IMG/VR virus record: IMGVR_UViG_3300024581_001100
Span: 18,995 to 82,994 of that record
DNA: 64,000 nt
Strand: one strand, 5' to 3'
From: a virus
Part shown: positions 27,257-37,197 of the stretch, piece by piece
Position numbering within the stretch: position 1 is the first letter of the stretch
Layout: each line of letters begins with the position of its first letter
Notes under the pieces: model-generated
What the model saw: the letters and a program-made list of their open reading frames with translations, nothing else
What the model was told of the DNA's origin: nothing
Database searches by the model: none
Position numbers and translations under genes: made by a program

Positions 27257-27463
27257 ATGAAAAAAGATATAGTAATGGCAGTATTTTTGTTAATATTTAG
27301 TATCGCAGGTCTATTATTTTTCTTAGATTGGAATGGAGAAAGAGTTTGCAATAACTACTCAGGAGTAACAAAGAGGCAAGTTAAATGGAAGACTCTTGAT
27401 GCCTGTTATATCGAAAAAAGCGAAGGTGTTTGGATCAGATATGATTCCGCTTACAAAGAGTAG
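27257..27463 (+). CDS. membrane-anchored hypothetical protein
   Basis: GGAGG SD before ATG 27257; N-terminal TM. Confidence 0.65.
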   Translation: MKKDIVMAVFLLIFSIAGLLFFLDWNGERVCNNYSGVTKRQVKWKTLDACYIEKSEGVWIRYDSAYKE

Positions 27464-27474
27464 AGGAGGTTAAT

Positions 27475-27762
27475 ATGAAAAAGGTTTTATTATTAAGCGC
27501 GTTAATGCTTACACTAACAGGTTGTGGTACAGAATATTACTCTACTCGATGGGAGGTTGTAGAAGTTATACAATGTCTGGGGGAAGATCAGTACGATGCA
27601 GTATGTACGATCAAAGCTAAGGGGGGAGATGTTGTACGTACTGGTAGAGTGAGTGATTTTGTCTATGTAGGGAAGACTATATACAAGGTTTGTTGGAAGG
27701 AAGAGGAAGGTGACAGATGTTACACAGATTTCCGAGAGTATAGACAAGGGGGTTTACTTTAG
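27475..27762 (+). CDS. putative lipoprotein
   Basis: lipobox LTGC after signal peptide. Confidence 0.75.
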   Translation: MKKVLLLSALMLTLTGCGTEYYSTRWEVVEVIQCLGEDQYDAVCTIKAKGGDVVRTGRVSDFVYVGKTIYKVCWKEEEGDRCYTDFREYRQGGLL

Positions 27763-27834
27763 TAGTTTATTCTGTTATAATAATAGTAAGCCTCTGTTGT
27801 AGAGGTTTTCTTGTATGTAATTGAGGAGAAGTTA

Positions 27835-30606
27835 GTGGCAAGTTTTAGTAAGAACAAGAAAGAGGAAAAAGATTACGACTCAGGTGATAGACTCTCACAG
27901 AAGTTCTATTGTGTAGCAGACGAACTTATAGAAAACTTTTCGGAGGATTACCCTAAACTACGTCAGTGTGGTAGTTCTGATGCTATGGATATATATGAGC
28001 ATGTAGGAGAAGATGGAGAGGTATGGTATGACGCACACTGTTGGTCATGTTCACAAGTATTCTCTAAGGAAATGGTGGCACGTTCTAGCCATGCAAGTGA
28101 ACTAGGCGTAGAAGAAGATGGATCAGTAAAAGAAAAGAAAACATTCCAAAAGAGACCTAAAGCAGAACCCCTCACCACCGAAGAAGCTAAAAAGTTTATG
28201 AAAGAAGTGGGTATGAAAGGTCACGGTTATCGTGGTATTTCTGATGAAGCCAATAAGTTTTATGGACACCTCACTAAAGTAAATAAACAAGGAGAGGTAG
28301 TAGCACGTTATTACCCTGAAACCAATGATAAAGGAAAGATCGTAGGTTTTAAATGTCGCAATCATCCTAAAAATTTCAAATACGGTAAACTTGGTCTTAC
28401 TGGTATCACTAACCAGTTATCAGGGCAAGTTCGTTGGAAGAAAGGAGGTGGAAAATACTGTGTTCCTATGGACACCCAAATTTTAACAAAAACTGGGTGG
28501 AAATACTACGACCAGTTATCTATAGGAGAGATTGTATTAGGCTACGATCAAAACACCAAAACTAAACAATGGACAAAGGTTACGGAGCTTCACTACTTCG
28601 AAGAGGATGACGTATACTCTTTTGGATCAGGACTTAATTATCTAAGAGCAACTAAAGATCATAGATGGTTTGTAGAACAAAGAGTAGATAGAGGTAGTAA
28701 AGGTAGGAGGTTAGAACCTCAAGTAAGAACTACAGAGGAGTTTACATCGGAGACTAGGTTAATAGTAAATGCGCCTTTCAAAGAAAACAACTATGACCTA
28801 GAAACAGATGTCAAGCTATCTACTAGCAAACAAGGTGATTTTTGTAGCAAAATACTAAGCATGTCACACAAAGAAAGAGTGGCATGGCTAGAAGGTTTCA
28901 TATTAGCGGATGGTCACTACAGGAGACCAAGAACTAATACTGAAAAAGTTACAATAGAAATACATCAGAATAGAGGTGACATATTTGAAGCAGCACTACT
29001 TTGTAGTTATCTTGTGCATGATAAGATAGTAAGAGTACAAGGGCATAATACTAGTAAGTTTTCTAAAAAGGAATGCGGAAAGATAACATTATCTAATCAA
29101 AAAAGCCGAACGAATCTTACACAGAACATGAAAAAAGTCAGTAGAGAGCCTGTATGGTGTGTTACTACAGAACTAGGTTCTTGGGTAATGAAACAAGGCG
29201 ATACTATAAATATCACAGGTAATTGCCTTATTGTTGGAGGAGAAGAAGATAAAGCGGCTACATATCAAATGTTCATGGAATATAATAGGTCGCGTGGTCA
29301 AGAAGACTATGAACAGTTTCCTATTGTCTCTCCTACTACAGGAGAAAGTAGTACGTACAAGCAATTAGCAGCACAATATGACTGGTTAGATACCTTTGAT
29401 AATATTTATTTGGCATTAGACTCTGACAAAGCAGGTAAGGACGCATTAGAATTATGTATTGATGTACTACCAGCAGAGAAAGTGCATATTGTTACGTGGT
29501 CAGGTAAAGATCCTAATGATATGTTACAGAAAGGTAAGCAGAAACAGTTTATTAGAGACTTTTACAATGCTAAACCTTACGTTACTGATACAGTAAAGAC
29601 ATCTAAAGACGCTGACGATGAGATGGAATTAGAGCTATCTCGTGCTAAGATCCCGTTACCTCCGTTCATGCGAGGTCTACAGAATATCATGGCAGGGGGG
29701 ATACCGTTAGGATATCTAGTTAATCTGGGGGCGCAAACAGGAGGAGGTAAAACAACAATTGCTAACGAGATGATCTACTACTGGATTTTTAACTCTCCTT
29801 ACAAAGTAGGTATTCTCACTTTAGAACTTAATGCAGGTCAGTACCAAACTACTATGTTAAGCAGACATATAGGACATAAAATACAGTTGATCGAAGACCC
29901 TAAAGAAGCAGTAGAGTTTGTTAATCAGCCTTGGGTTAAAGAAAAGAGACTTGAACTACGAGAACATGATAACGGAGAACCCCGTTATGTCTTACTTGAC
30001 GGAAGGGAAGGTAGTTTAGATGAGGTAAGAAAGCAGATAGATAAGCTTATAAAGAAGTATGAGTGTAAGTTTATTGTAATTGATCCGATCAATGATTTAT
30101 TTGAAGGTGTATCTTTAGAAGAACAAACCGCATTTATTAAATATCTAAAATCTGTTATTGCAGATGGTATTAGTATTATTAATATCTGTCATATTACTAA
30201 AGGTAAGACACAGATAGACAAGAATGGTAATCGTGTGGTAAGAAAGCTAACAGAAGATGATTTTTCGGGGGTATCTAATATAGCTAAGAGCGGGGGCTGT
30301 AATATATTCGCTACTCGTGATAAATTAGCGGAAGACCCTGTATTAAAGAATGTCACCGAAGTAGAAGTACCTAAGTGTAGATGGACAGGCAGGAGTGGTC
30401 TAGCAGGTATGTGGTATTACGATAATGAAACTCATACTATACACGACTATGAAGAGTTCTTTGGTCATCCTTATAAAGAAGGTGATACTCCTCCAAGCAA
30501 ACCAAAGTTTACCAAGAAAGAAAAACCTGTTAAAGTAGAAGAAGATAAACCTCCATTTGTACCTGATAATGTGGAGGACGTTAACCCGTTTGAAGGAGAA
30601 GATTAA
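27835..30606 (+). CDS. T7 gp4-like primase-helicase precursor containing an intein
   Basis: Zn-finger CGSSDA...HCWSC, RYYP, GFKCR, Toprim GGEED and LALDSDKAG, helicase GAQTGGGKTT, IVIDP, KCRWTG; GAGGAG + GTG 27835; promoter TTTACT-N17-TATAAT upstream. Confidence 0.92.
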   Translation: MASFSKNKKEEKDYDSGDRLSQKFYCVADELIENFSEDYPKLRQCGSSDAMDIYEHVGEDGEVWYDAHCWSCSQVFSKEMVARSSHASELGVEEDGSVKEKKTFQKRPKAEPLTTEEAKKFMKEVGMKGHGYRGISDEANKFYGHLTKVNKQGEVVARYYPETNDKGKIVGFKCRNHPKNFKYGKLGLTGITNQLSGQVRWKKGGGKYCVPMDTQILTKTGWKYYDQLSIGEIVLGYDQNTKTKQWTKVTELHYFEEDDVYSFGSGLNYLRATKDHRWFVEQRVDRGSKGRRLEPQVRTTEEFTSETRLIVNAPFKENNYDLETDVKLSTSKQGDFCSKILSMSHKERVAWLEGFILADGHYRRPRTNTEKVTIEIHQNRGDIFEAALLCSYLVHDKIVRVQGHNTSKFSKKECGKITLSNQKSRTNLTQNMKKVSREPVWCVTTELGSWVMKQGDTINITGNCLIVGGEEDKAATYQMFMEYNRSRGQEDYEQFPIVSPTTGESSTYKQLAAQYDWLDTFDNIYLALDSDKAGKDALELCIDVLPAEKVHIVTWSGKDPNDMLQKGKQKQFIRDFYNAKPYVTDTVKTSKDADDEMELELSRAKIPLPPFMRGLQNIMAGGIPLGYLVNLGAQTGGGKTTIANEMIYYWIFNSPYKVGILTLELNAGQYQTTMLSRHIGHKIQLIEDPKEAVEFVNQPWVKEKRLELREHDNGEPRYVLLDGREGSLDEVRKQIDKLIKKYECKFIVIDPINDLFEGVSLEEQTAFIKYLKSVIADGISIINICHITKGKTQIDKNGNRVVRKLTEDDFSGVSNIAKSGGCNIFATRDKLAEDPVLKNVTEVEVPKCRWTGRSGLAGMWYYDNETHTIHDYEEFFGHPYKEGDTPPSKPKFTKKEKPVKVEEDKPPFVPDNVEDVNPFEGED
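28459..29223 (+). mobile_element. intein (255 aa) with degenerate LAGLIDADG motif
   Basis: starts CVPMDTQILTKTGW (block A), H-R-W block B, WLEGFILADG, ends VWCVTTELGSW...ITGN, followed by a Cys extein residue. Confidence 0.92.
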
Positions 30607-33069
30607 ATGGAGTATAAAAATAGATTATTAGCCTCTGATATAGAGGCTGTAGGTTTCTATGATGATGTGCATACAAAGAAAGATATACATTGCTTATGTT
30701 CTATTGATATAGAATCAGAAGAGGTATTATTGTTCCATAATCATCCAGAGTTTGACAATGTTGAAGTGAAAGATCCTTATGATGGAAAAACTTATACAAT
30801 CCCTCCTCGTAAAGGGTCACTAGACGATGGTATTGCTTTCTGGGAAAAGGCTGTATTGAATGGTAGTAAGTTGATCATACATAACGCGCTTACTTACGAT
30901 AAACATATCATAGATAAAATATGGAAAGGTAATAAGATAAAACGTAAGCACTACCACGACACTTTTGTACAGAGTAAGGTGCAATGGTTTGAACGTCCTA
31001 CACCAAAAGGTGCTAAAAGTCCTCATGGATTAAAGGCTTATGGTATCAAGTGTGGTGTAAATAAGCCAGAGGTAACAGACTGGCGCAATATTGATGCTTT
31101 TAAGATGCACAGGGTAATAGAGGATTGTAAGATCCAAGCAAGCTGTTATCTAATGTTAGAGAAAGAAGCGGCTACACTTAAAGAACGTTTTGGTGTCGAT
31201 TTTACAGTAGCTTTAGATATTGAAGGTCAGTACGCCATTGAGTGTTTTAGACAAGAACAAAATGGTATTAAGATTGATATTGATCATGCTAGGGCTTGTC
31301 TAAAAGACTTAGACGGAAAGTTAGAGACTTTACGTAAAGAAATCGAACCTCAGTTACCTCCTACAATTAAAGGGGCTACTCCAAAAGTAAGCAGAAAGGA
31401 AATGTCTGAACTATTTGGTTTTGACTCTTCTAAGGTGAAGGAGAAGTATGTAGAGCGTAAGAAAGATGGAGAGGTGCAATCTGTAATAGAAAAACCTTTC
31501 CATAAACCTACGATTGATTATACACGTAAAGAACTACGTAAACATTGGAGAGCAGAACACCCTACTTTAGGTAAGATACCTCCATTTGATAAAAAGAATG
31601 AGGTTACACAGGTAATTAAGCGTAAGCATGGAGACACTAAAGGGTGGAGTATTTACAAAGAGGAATGGCACGAAGAGTTCTTAAACAAGCATACTTGCGA
31701 ATGGTTTGATGTTGACGAAACTGACACAGATATGTTTGGTGGAGCGTTCACTCGTGTTAATATTGAACCTTCTAAATTGACTCAACACGAAGTAGTTAAA
31801 GGTTTTTTGATTAAGTTAGGCTGGAAGGATGCAGATGAATGGAATTTAAAGAAAGATGCCTACGGTGCTTATGTTAAAGTAGAAGAGCCTACCGAGGTTA
31901 GGTGGCCTTCTAAAGCGCACCCTGACAATCAATTGGTCAAGAAATTAAAGAAAGGTGATTTACTTGTAACAAGCCCTAAACTAACAGATGATGACTACGA
32001 ACAGTTACCAGAGGGTTTAGGTAAGAAGATTGCAGAGTATAACACATATAAACATAGACGTAATTTCTTAGAGAATATTAAAGATCCTGAGAACAAAGGT
32101 ATCCTTAGTTATGTAAGAGAGGATGGTAGAGTACCTGCTGGTGTGAATAACTTTGCTACAAGGAGTGGTAGAGGAGCGCAAAGGATATGGGTTAATGCTC
32201 CATCGGAGTCAGCTTTGTACGGTAAAGAGATTAGAAAACTTATAATACCAGAGGAAGGTAAAATACTGCTAGGTATTGATATGAAATCTGCACAGTTGTC
32301 TATCGCGGCTTATTACGCTAACAATTGGGATTACTATAATAATGTTGCTTCTGGTATTGAGTTTGATGAAGAAGGTAATTATGTAGGAGAAACTGCACAC
32401 TGTGTTAATACTCGTATGCTAGGGATGGTGTCAACAGATGAATGGAAAGAAGCAGTACGTACTCAAGATAAGAAACTTATTGAGAGGTTAAGTCTTAGAC
32501 GTAAGAAATCTAAAGGTGGTTCTTTTGCGATCATATTTGGCGCTAGTGGGGCTAAGGTAGGAAAGACTGTAGGTATTTCTGAAAAAGAAGGACATGCCGC
32601 TAAAGAGAAATTCCTTGAACAAATGGGTTTAGATACAGTAATTGACGTGCTGAAGTATTATGAACGTAATTATAAGTATGGCGGTGGTTTTATGTTACCT
32701 TTAGCTTTTGGTTATTGGTTATGGAATAATAGTTCTCATAAGTCGTTTAATACCATAGACCAAGGGTTTGAAGCATTAGCGCAGAAGTTAGCTGTCATTA
32801 AGATGAGTAAAGAGGTGACTAAAAGAGGTTTAGATGATCATATAAAGAAAATTTTAGATCAGCACGATGAGTACCTATTAGAGATAACTATTGGGTACGA
32901 AGATATAGCAGGAGAAATTGCTAGTAATTCTTATACGTGGGCCGCACAGCAGATTTTTAATTATCATAAAAAGCGACCAGACCATTTTGCAAACACACAA
33001 CCACCTCAATTCGCTATTGACTTAGACGGTGGTTATAAAATAGGAAAAAATTATTATGAGTGTCACTAA
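30607..33069 (+). CDS. polA: family A DNA polymerase with 3'-5' exonuclease
   Basis: DIE, HNALTYD, exoIII EDC; motif A IDMKSAQL, motif B RKKSKGGSFAIIFG, motif C QHDE. Confidence 0.92.
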   Translation: MEYKNRLLASDIEAVGFYDDVHTKKDIHCLCSIDIESEEVLLFHNHPEFDNVEVKDPYDGKTYTIPPRKGSLDDGIAFWEKAVLNGSKLIIHNALTYDKHIIDKIWKGNKIKRKHYHDTFVQSKVQWFERPTPKGAKSPHGLKAYGIKCGVNKPEVTDWRNIDAFKMHRVIEDCKIQASCYLMLEKEAATLKERFGVDFTVALDIEGQYAIECFRQEQNGIKIDIDHARACLKDLDGKLETLRKEIEPQLPPTIKGATPKVSRKEMSELFGFDSSKVKEKYVERKKDGEVQSVIEKPFHKPTIDYTRKELRKHWRAEHPTLGKIPPFDKKNEVTQVIKRKHGDTKGWSIYKEEWHEEFLNKHTCEWFDVDETDTDMFGGAFTRVNIEPSKLTQHEVVKGFLIKLGWKDADEWNLKKDAYGAYVKVEEPTEVRWPSKAHPDNQLVKKLKKGDLLVTSPKLTDDDYEQLPEGLGKKIAEYNTYKHRRNFLENIKDPENKGILSYVREDGRVPAGVNNFATRSGRGAQRIWVNAPSESALYGKEIRKLIIPEEGKILLGIDMKSAQLSIAAYYANNWDYYNNVASGIEFDEEGNYVGETAHCVNTRMLGMVSTDEWKEAVRTQDKKLIERLSLRRKKSKGGSFAIIFGASGAKVGKTVGISEKEGHAAKEKFLEQMGLDTVIDVLKYYERNYKYGGGFMLPLAFGYWLWNNSSHKSFNTIDQGFEALAQKLAVIKMSKEVTKRGLDDHIKKILDQHDEYLLEITIGYEDIAGEIASNSYTWAAQQIFNYHKKRPDHFANTQPPQFAIDLDGGYKIGKNYYECH

Positions 33070-33691
33070 CGAAAAAGAAGTATGGGTTGATGTCAAAGGA
33101 TTAGAGGACAGATACCAAGTAAGTAATTTAGGTAATGTTTACGCCAAAGAACGCCTAATAGAAACCAAAACAGGACGATTTATTAAAAGAGGAGGTAAGC
33201 TTGTTAAAGCAGTAAACCATACAAGCAAGTACCTAAAGGTCGCGTTTTACGCTGAAGGAAAAACAATACAATACTATCTACAACGTCTAGTAGCCCTACA
33301 TTTCTGCCACAATGACGACCCTGAAAACAAAACTCAGGTGAACCATATTAACGGAATACATACAGATAATAGGGCTTGCAACTTAGAATGGTGTACTCCC
33401 TCTGAGAACATCCAACATGGGGTACGCGAAGGTAAGGTTAATAATATTAAGAAAGGCAGAAAGATGAGATGGTTCACAGAAAAAGATGCTGCACGTATTG
33501 CAATCTTAGAATATCAAGGTTATAGTATTAACCAGATCGCAAGTGATTTAGAGAGAAGTCGTACTTCTATATCTAGTTTTATGAATGATCGTGGTAATAA
33601 AAAGATGACTGAATTATATGAACTGGTTAAAGAAGAGATAAATAATTTAGAAAATCCTAAAATAACCCTTTACAACACAACATACACATAG
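33056..33691 (+). CDS. NUMOD4-HNH homing endonuclease with C-terminal HTH
   Basis: W.DVKG.E.RYQVSNLG (NUMOD4); RLVALHF, VNHING..TDNR..NLEW.T.SEN..H. Confidence 0.9.
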   Translation: MSVTNEKEVWVDVKGLEDRYQVSNLGNVYAKERLIETKTGRFIKRGGKLVKAVNHTSKYLKVAFYAEGKTIQYYLQRLVALHFCHNDDPENKTQVNHINGIHTDNRACNLEWCTPSENIQHGVREGKVNNIKKGRKMRWFTEKDAARIAILEYQGYSINQIASDLERSRTSISSFMNDRGNKKMTELYELVKEEINNLENPKITLYNTTYT

Positions 33692-33777
33692 TATAATGGT
33701 TGTATAGACAGTGAGAAATTAAAGGAGAATACTTATGACAGAATTATATTCAATTAACAAGAAAGAGGAGAAAATAA

Positions 33778-34026
33778 ATGTTCAATAAAATTATTCATCT
33801 ATTGACAGGTATGTCAAAAGTAGAAGATAATATGCAAGTAGTTCAAGAGTCAGTTAAGCTTATTGCGGAGAATAACTTCTTAACTGATATCACTAATGGA
33901 CGTAAGGTAGGAGGTAATGTGGAGAAGCACAATGCTATGATTATTAATGGTCATCAAAAGATTGGTGATTTAGTGCAACGAGGTATTAATATTCAGAAAC
34001 GTAAGATGCAGGAGGAGACATTTTAA
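33778..34026 (+). CDS. hypothetical protein
   Basis: GAGGAG SD; promoter TTTACA-N17-TATAAT at about 33668-33696. Confidence 0.7.
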   Translation: MFNKIIHLLTGMSKVEDNMQVVQESVKLIAENNFLTDITNGRKVGGNVEKHNAMIINGHQKIGDLVQRGINIQKRKMQEETF

Positions 34027-34625
34027 TGAAGAGTTTACGACTTAATCAACAACTACGTGATGCTATTGTAAATAATTTTGCAGACAAGCGTTCAAAGGCA
34101 CAACCCCGTCCAGATGAGACTGTTACACGAGAGTCTTTAAAGAAAGACTTAGCTAACAGTGTATATGATAGTGTGTATGGAGAGGTAGACTTGTCAAAAG
34201 TCCCAGAGGATATGCTTAATGTAGAACACTATATTAAAGTGCAGTTCCCCTCAAGTGACCCTAAAGAAGAAGGAACTATTGAGAGTCTTTCATTGGGAAG
34301 AGATGAGGAAGGCAAGGCTATCTATAAGCCAGCTACACGCAATAGCAAAGTGGAATATGTATTAACTAAATCAGACCCTTTGTACAAAGAGTATAAGCGT
34401 AAGCAAAAACTCTTTAAACAAGAACAAGAGGCTATCAAAGAGTATGACAATGACCATAAACGTTATATTCAGCAAGTACGACAAGTAGTTACTGCGGTTA
34501 ACACTACTAAGCAATTACTAGAGGTATGGCCTGAAGCAGAACAGTTTATCCCTGATGATATTCGTGACCCCAGTACGATTACACTACCATCAGTGAATAT
34601 TGCAGACCTAAATAGTCAAATTTAA
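34026..34625 (+). CDS. Nmad5-like (nucleotide modification associated domain 5) protein
   Basis: N-terminal RLNQQLRDAI and C-terminal TTKQLLEVWPEA pattern as I recall it for Nmad5. Confidence 0.6.
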   Translation: MKSLRLNQQLRDAIVNNFADKRSKAQPRPDETVTRESLKKDLANSVYDSVYGEVDLSKVPEDMLNVEHYIKVQFPSSDPKEEGTIESLSLGRDEEGKAIYKPATRNSKVEYVLTKSDPLYKEYKRKQKLFKQEQEAIKEYDNDHKRYIQQVRQVVTAVNTTKQLLEVWPEAEQFIPDDIRDPSTITLPSVNIADLNSQI

Positions 34626-34634
34626 GGAGGTATA

Positions 34635-34850
34635 ATGACTAATCTATACACGATAGTATTACAAGGTAACGTAGCAGGTTTTCCTGTCCAACAGACCATT
34701 GTTAACGCAAGTAGTGTAACCCCTGATAAAAATACAGGTACATTGAAAGTAGTAGTACAAGGAGTTACTACATATTTGACCCCTCAACCACATGAAAATA
34801 TTCAAGTAAGTAAACAAGACGCAGAGATCGTAACAGAGGAGAAACAGTAA
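34635..34850 (+). CDS. hypothetical protein
   Basis: AAGGAGG SD. Confidence 0.7.
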   Translation: MTNLYTIVLQGNVAGFPVQQTIVNASSVTPDKNTGTLKVVVQGVTTYLTPQPHENIQVSKQDAEIVTEEKQ

Positions 34851-35023
34851 TGAATGCAGAACAACGTAAAGCTATTTTTGAAAGTGTGTTCTTCTCGCAT
34901 CGTTGGGGAGATGCTAGTAATAGTGGTAAAGGAGAGAAGGGTAGTTATGTGCGACGATACAGTAAAACCAAGAAAGATAAAGGTCTTATTAAAGTAGACT
35001 CTAAAGGTAACGAAGTTAAATAA
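34850..35023 (+). CDS. small basic protein (57 aa, not in ORF track)
   Basis: GAGGAG SD, TAATG coupling. Confidence 0.6.
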   Translation: MNAEQRKAIFESVFFSHRWGDASNSGKGEKGSYVRRYSKTKKDKGLIKVDSKGNEVK

Positions 35024-35046
35024 GTAAAATAGGAGAAACAGTAATT

Positions 35047-36015
35047 ATGAGTAAGTTTAAGAAAGTAGCAAAAGTACAGCAAGGTGGTGGTTCTACGATT
35101 GACCCTTCTGAGTGGAAAGCTTGGAACGAATATGTATATGATCGTATTCAAGAGGTTACAGAGGATGGTGATGAGCCTAGTCAAGTATGTTTTATCTCTG
35201 GTATAGTCGACACGGGTTTTCAAATGCCGCCTACTGAGTATGCAGAATTTCCTTGGGAAGATACAGAGCAACAAAATAAGCACATACAAGCAGGTCATGC
35301 TTATGTAGAGGGGGATAAATTCTTTATCAAGAATCTACCTAAAGACTCCGTTGTAATGACAGTAGATTTCCCTAGTATCCTTATTGACTACAGTAAACAT
35401 CCAGCATCAGATTCAGACGAAGAAGATTTGAAACCTTTACGTCAACTTCTACGAGGTGAATGGGACAGAGCAGCGTCAGTAATAATGCTTAACCCACGTA
35501 AAAAAGACGGCTTTGACCCTAAATCTACCATTGCTAAACTATGTAAAGCAACTGGTGTTAAGAAAGGTAAAGTTCCAGCAGACTTCAATATCGGTGAGTT
35601 AATGGGGGTTGACTTTATGATGTCTATTGAAGCTAAGTGGGGCGGTGATGAGGGTCAGTTCCTTAACATTAATATTGGTGACATTAGTAACAAACCTAAA
35701 GCTATCCCTTCACCAGAACACAGCATCGAACCTTTTGCTGTTATGATGGATGGTGACAATGAGGAGGAAGACCTTAAACAACTAAGTCGTCCTGTTATTG
35801 AGCGTCTTAAAATGGCACAAGGTTTTGATGAGTCACCTCTTAAAAAGGAACTTGAAAAATTAGGTAAACTTGGTAGCAGTTCTACTGACAGTGGTTCAGA
35901 AGATAAACCTAAGAAGTCTATCTCTAAGCCAAGTAAGGTTGAACAAGAACCTGACGAAGAACTTGGTGATGACGACGAGAACCCGTTTTTATTAGACGGA
36001 GACGATGGCGAGTAA
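35047..36015 (+). CDS. putative single-stranded DNA-binding protein
   Basis: position after polymerase; acidic C-terminal tail ending NPFLLDGDDGE. Confidence 0.5.
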   Translation: MSKFKKVAKVQQGGGSTIDPSEWKAWNEYVYDRIQEVTEDGDEPSQVCFISGIVDTGFQMPPTEYAEFPWEDTEQQNKHIQAGHAYVEGDKFFIKNLPKDSVVMTVDFPSILIDYSKHPASDSDEEDLKPLRQLLRGEWDRAASVIMLNPRKKDGFDPKSTIAKLCKATGVKKGKVPADFNIGELMGVDFMMSIEAKWGGDEGQFLNINIGDISNKPKAIPSPEHSIEPFAVMMDGDNEEEDLKQLSRPVIERLKMAQGFDESPLKKELEKLGKLGSSSTDSGSEDKPKKSISKPSKVEQEPDEELGDDDENPFLLDGDDGE

Positions 36016-36034
36016 TAACGCCATATAACGAAAC

Positions 36035-36120
36035 GTAAGCCATTCTGAGGGCTTTTCTAAGAGAGGTAATATGATTGCTTACCTTTTAAGAGAAGTCCTC
36101 TTAGAGGGGCTTAGGGGAGG
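36035..36120. repeat. dispersed palindromic element, copy E
   Basis: arms gtaagccattctgagggcttttct / agaagtcctcttagaggggcttag; core inverted (taatatgattgc). Confidence 0.75.
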
Positions 36121-36125
36121 TAATA

Positions 36126-36449
36126 ATGAGTGAGACAGTAATTAAAAAGGGTAGGTTAAAGTTAGTTTCTACTCTAGATAATTTTGTAAGTGAGGTTGAG
36201 GGAGTAGAGTCAAAAGAGGAATGCTTCTTCGAAAATTTTTATAATACTCATACCCTTATAGGAGGTTTTGTATATGAAGTTATTACGGATAACGTAGACT
36301 TCTATGACGACATATTCGAAATGACTTGTGATTCGTCAGGAGACCTTCACTACACACTTAAGTATCATAATGGAGGTTGTGGTTTCCAAGAGGCAATAGG
36401 TTACGCATACGACAACATGATTAACAAATTAAATAACGAGGAGAAATAA
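36126..36449 (+). CDS. hypothetical acidic protein
   Basis: GGAGG SD. Confidence 0.7.
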   Translation: MSETVIKKGRLKLVSTLDNFVSEVEGVESKEECFFENFYNTHTLIGGFVYEVITDNVDFYDDIFEMTCDSSGDLHYTLKYHNGGCGFQEAIGYAYDNMINKLNNEEK

Positions 36450-36737
36450 ATGTTACCAAAACAACCAGAACTACGAGCGAAACTACTTAAACTTGTACAA
36501 GAGTCTGTACAATTTACACGCGAGATCGAAACTCTACGAGAGGATATTAAGAATAATGCAGAGATTGCTATTGAAAAGTATCCCGTAACTAAGAAAGAGT
36601 ATAACGCTCTAGTTAAAGCAGCTTTAGATAAAGCTAAGTTGGAAGACCAAATTGAGGAATTATCTACAACAGTGAGCCACTATGAAATCTTGACAGGAGA
36701 GCGAGAAGCCCCTGAAGAAGAACAATCTGAAGAGTAA
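36450..36737 (+). CDS. T4 DsbA-like dsDNA-binding protein
   Basis: helical ~95-aa protein with the L..LVQE....REI...REDIK...K.YN.L pattern. Confidence 0.45.
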   Translation: MLPKQPELRAKLLKLVQESVQFTREIETLREDIKNNAEIAIEKYPVTKKEYNALVKAALDKAKLEDQIEELSTTVSHYEILTGEREAPEEEQSEE

Positions 36738-36748
36738 GGAGAATAGAA

Positions 36749-36958
36749 ATGTTTATTTCAGTTTGGTGTGAGTATGATATTAATGGAGATTTCGGCGGGA
36801 ATAACAACCAAGATGTATTCTCTGTCTCAAAGGAATTAACTCAAAGTCAAGTAGAAGATTTAGTCCTAGAAAGACTAAAAGTTCAAACAGGTCTTGACGA
36901 AGAAGAATTAGAAGGCTTATATGGGTGGGAATACTTAGCTATTAAAGAACTAAGTTAA
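36749..36958 (+). CDS. hypothetical acidic protein
   Basis: AAGGAG SD. Confidence 0.65.
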   Translation: MFISVWCEYDINGDFGGNNNQDVFSVSKELTQSQVEDLVLERLKVQTGLDEEELEGLYGWEYLAIKELS

Positions 36959-36966
36959 ATAATTAT

Positions 36967-36997
36967 GAGGAAGGGATTCGTCCTTTCCTCTATTTTT
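36967..36997 (+). terminator. rho-independent terminator
   Basis: gaggaaggga-ttcg-tcctttcctc then tattttt. Confidence 0.8.
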
Positions 36998-37013
36998 GTA
37001 TTAGGAGAATGAT

Positions 37014-37184
37014 ATGTATGTAGCTATAGACAGTAATGATAGTACAGCCTACTACGGGGCAAGTGCAGAGGAACTTTTAGAAGAGATTATGAACAGAGAG
37101 GGTGAAGTAGGGAGTCAATGGGAATTTCTTTTTATTGAGAAAATGAGTCAGATGTCCCTTACACTGAACTTAACTAAATCTTAA
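37014..37184 (+). CDS. small hypothetical protein (56 aa, not in ORF track)
   Basis: AGGAG SD before ATG 37014. Confidence 0.55.
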   Translation: MYVAIDSNDSTAYYGASAEELLEEIMNREGEVGSQWEFLFIEKMSQMSLTLNLTKS

Positions 37185-37197
37185 TAGGAGAATAATA

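Noticed and set aside
33056-33691. HNH gene interrupting the polymerase
   Set aside because: The polymerase ends with a normal C-terminus (GYKIGKNYYECH), and no second exon follows.
34945-35298. 117-aa minus-strand ORF, and similar shadow ORFs in the replication module
   Set aside because: Opposite to well-supported + strand genes; no SD or recognisable motif.
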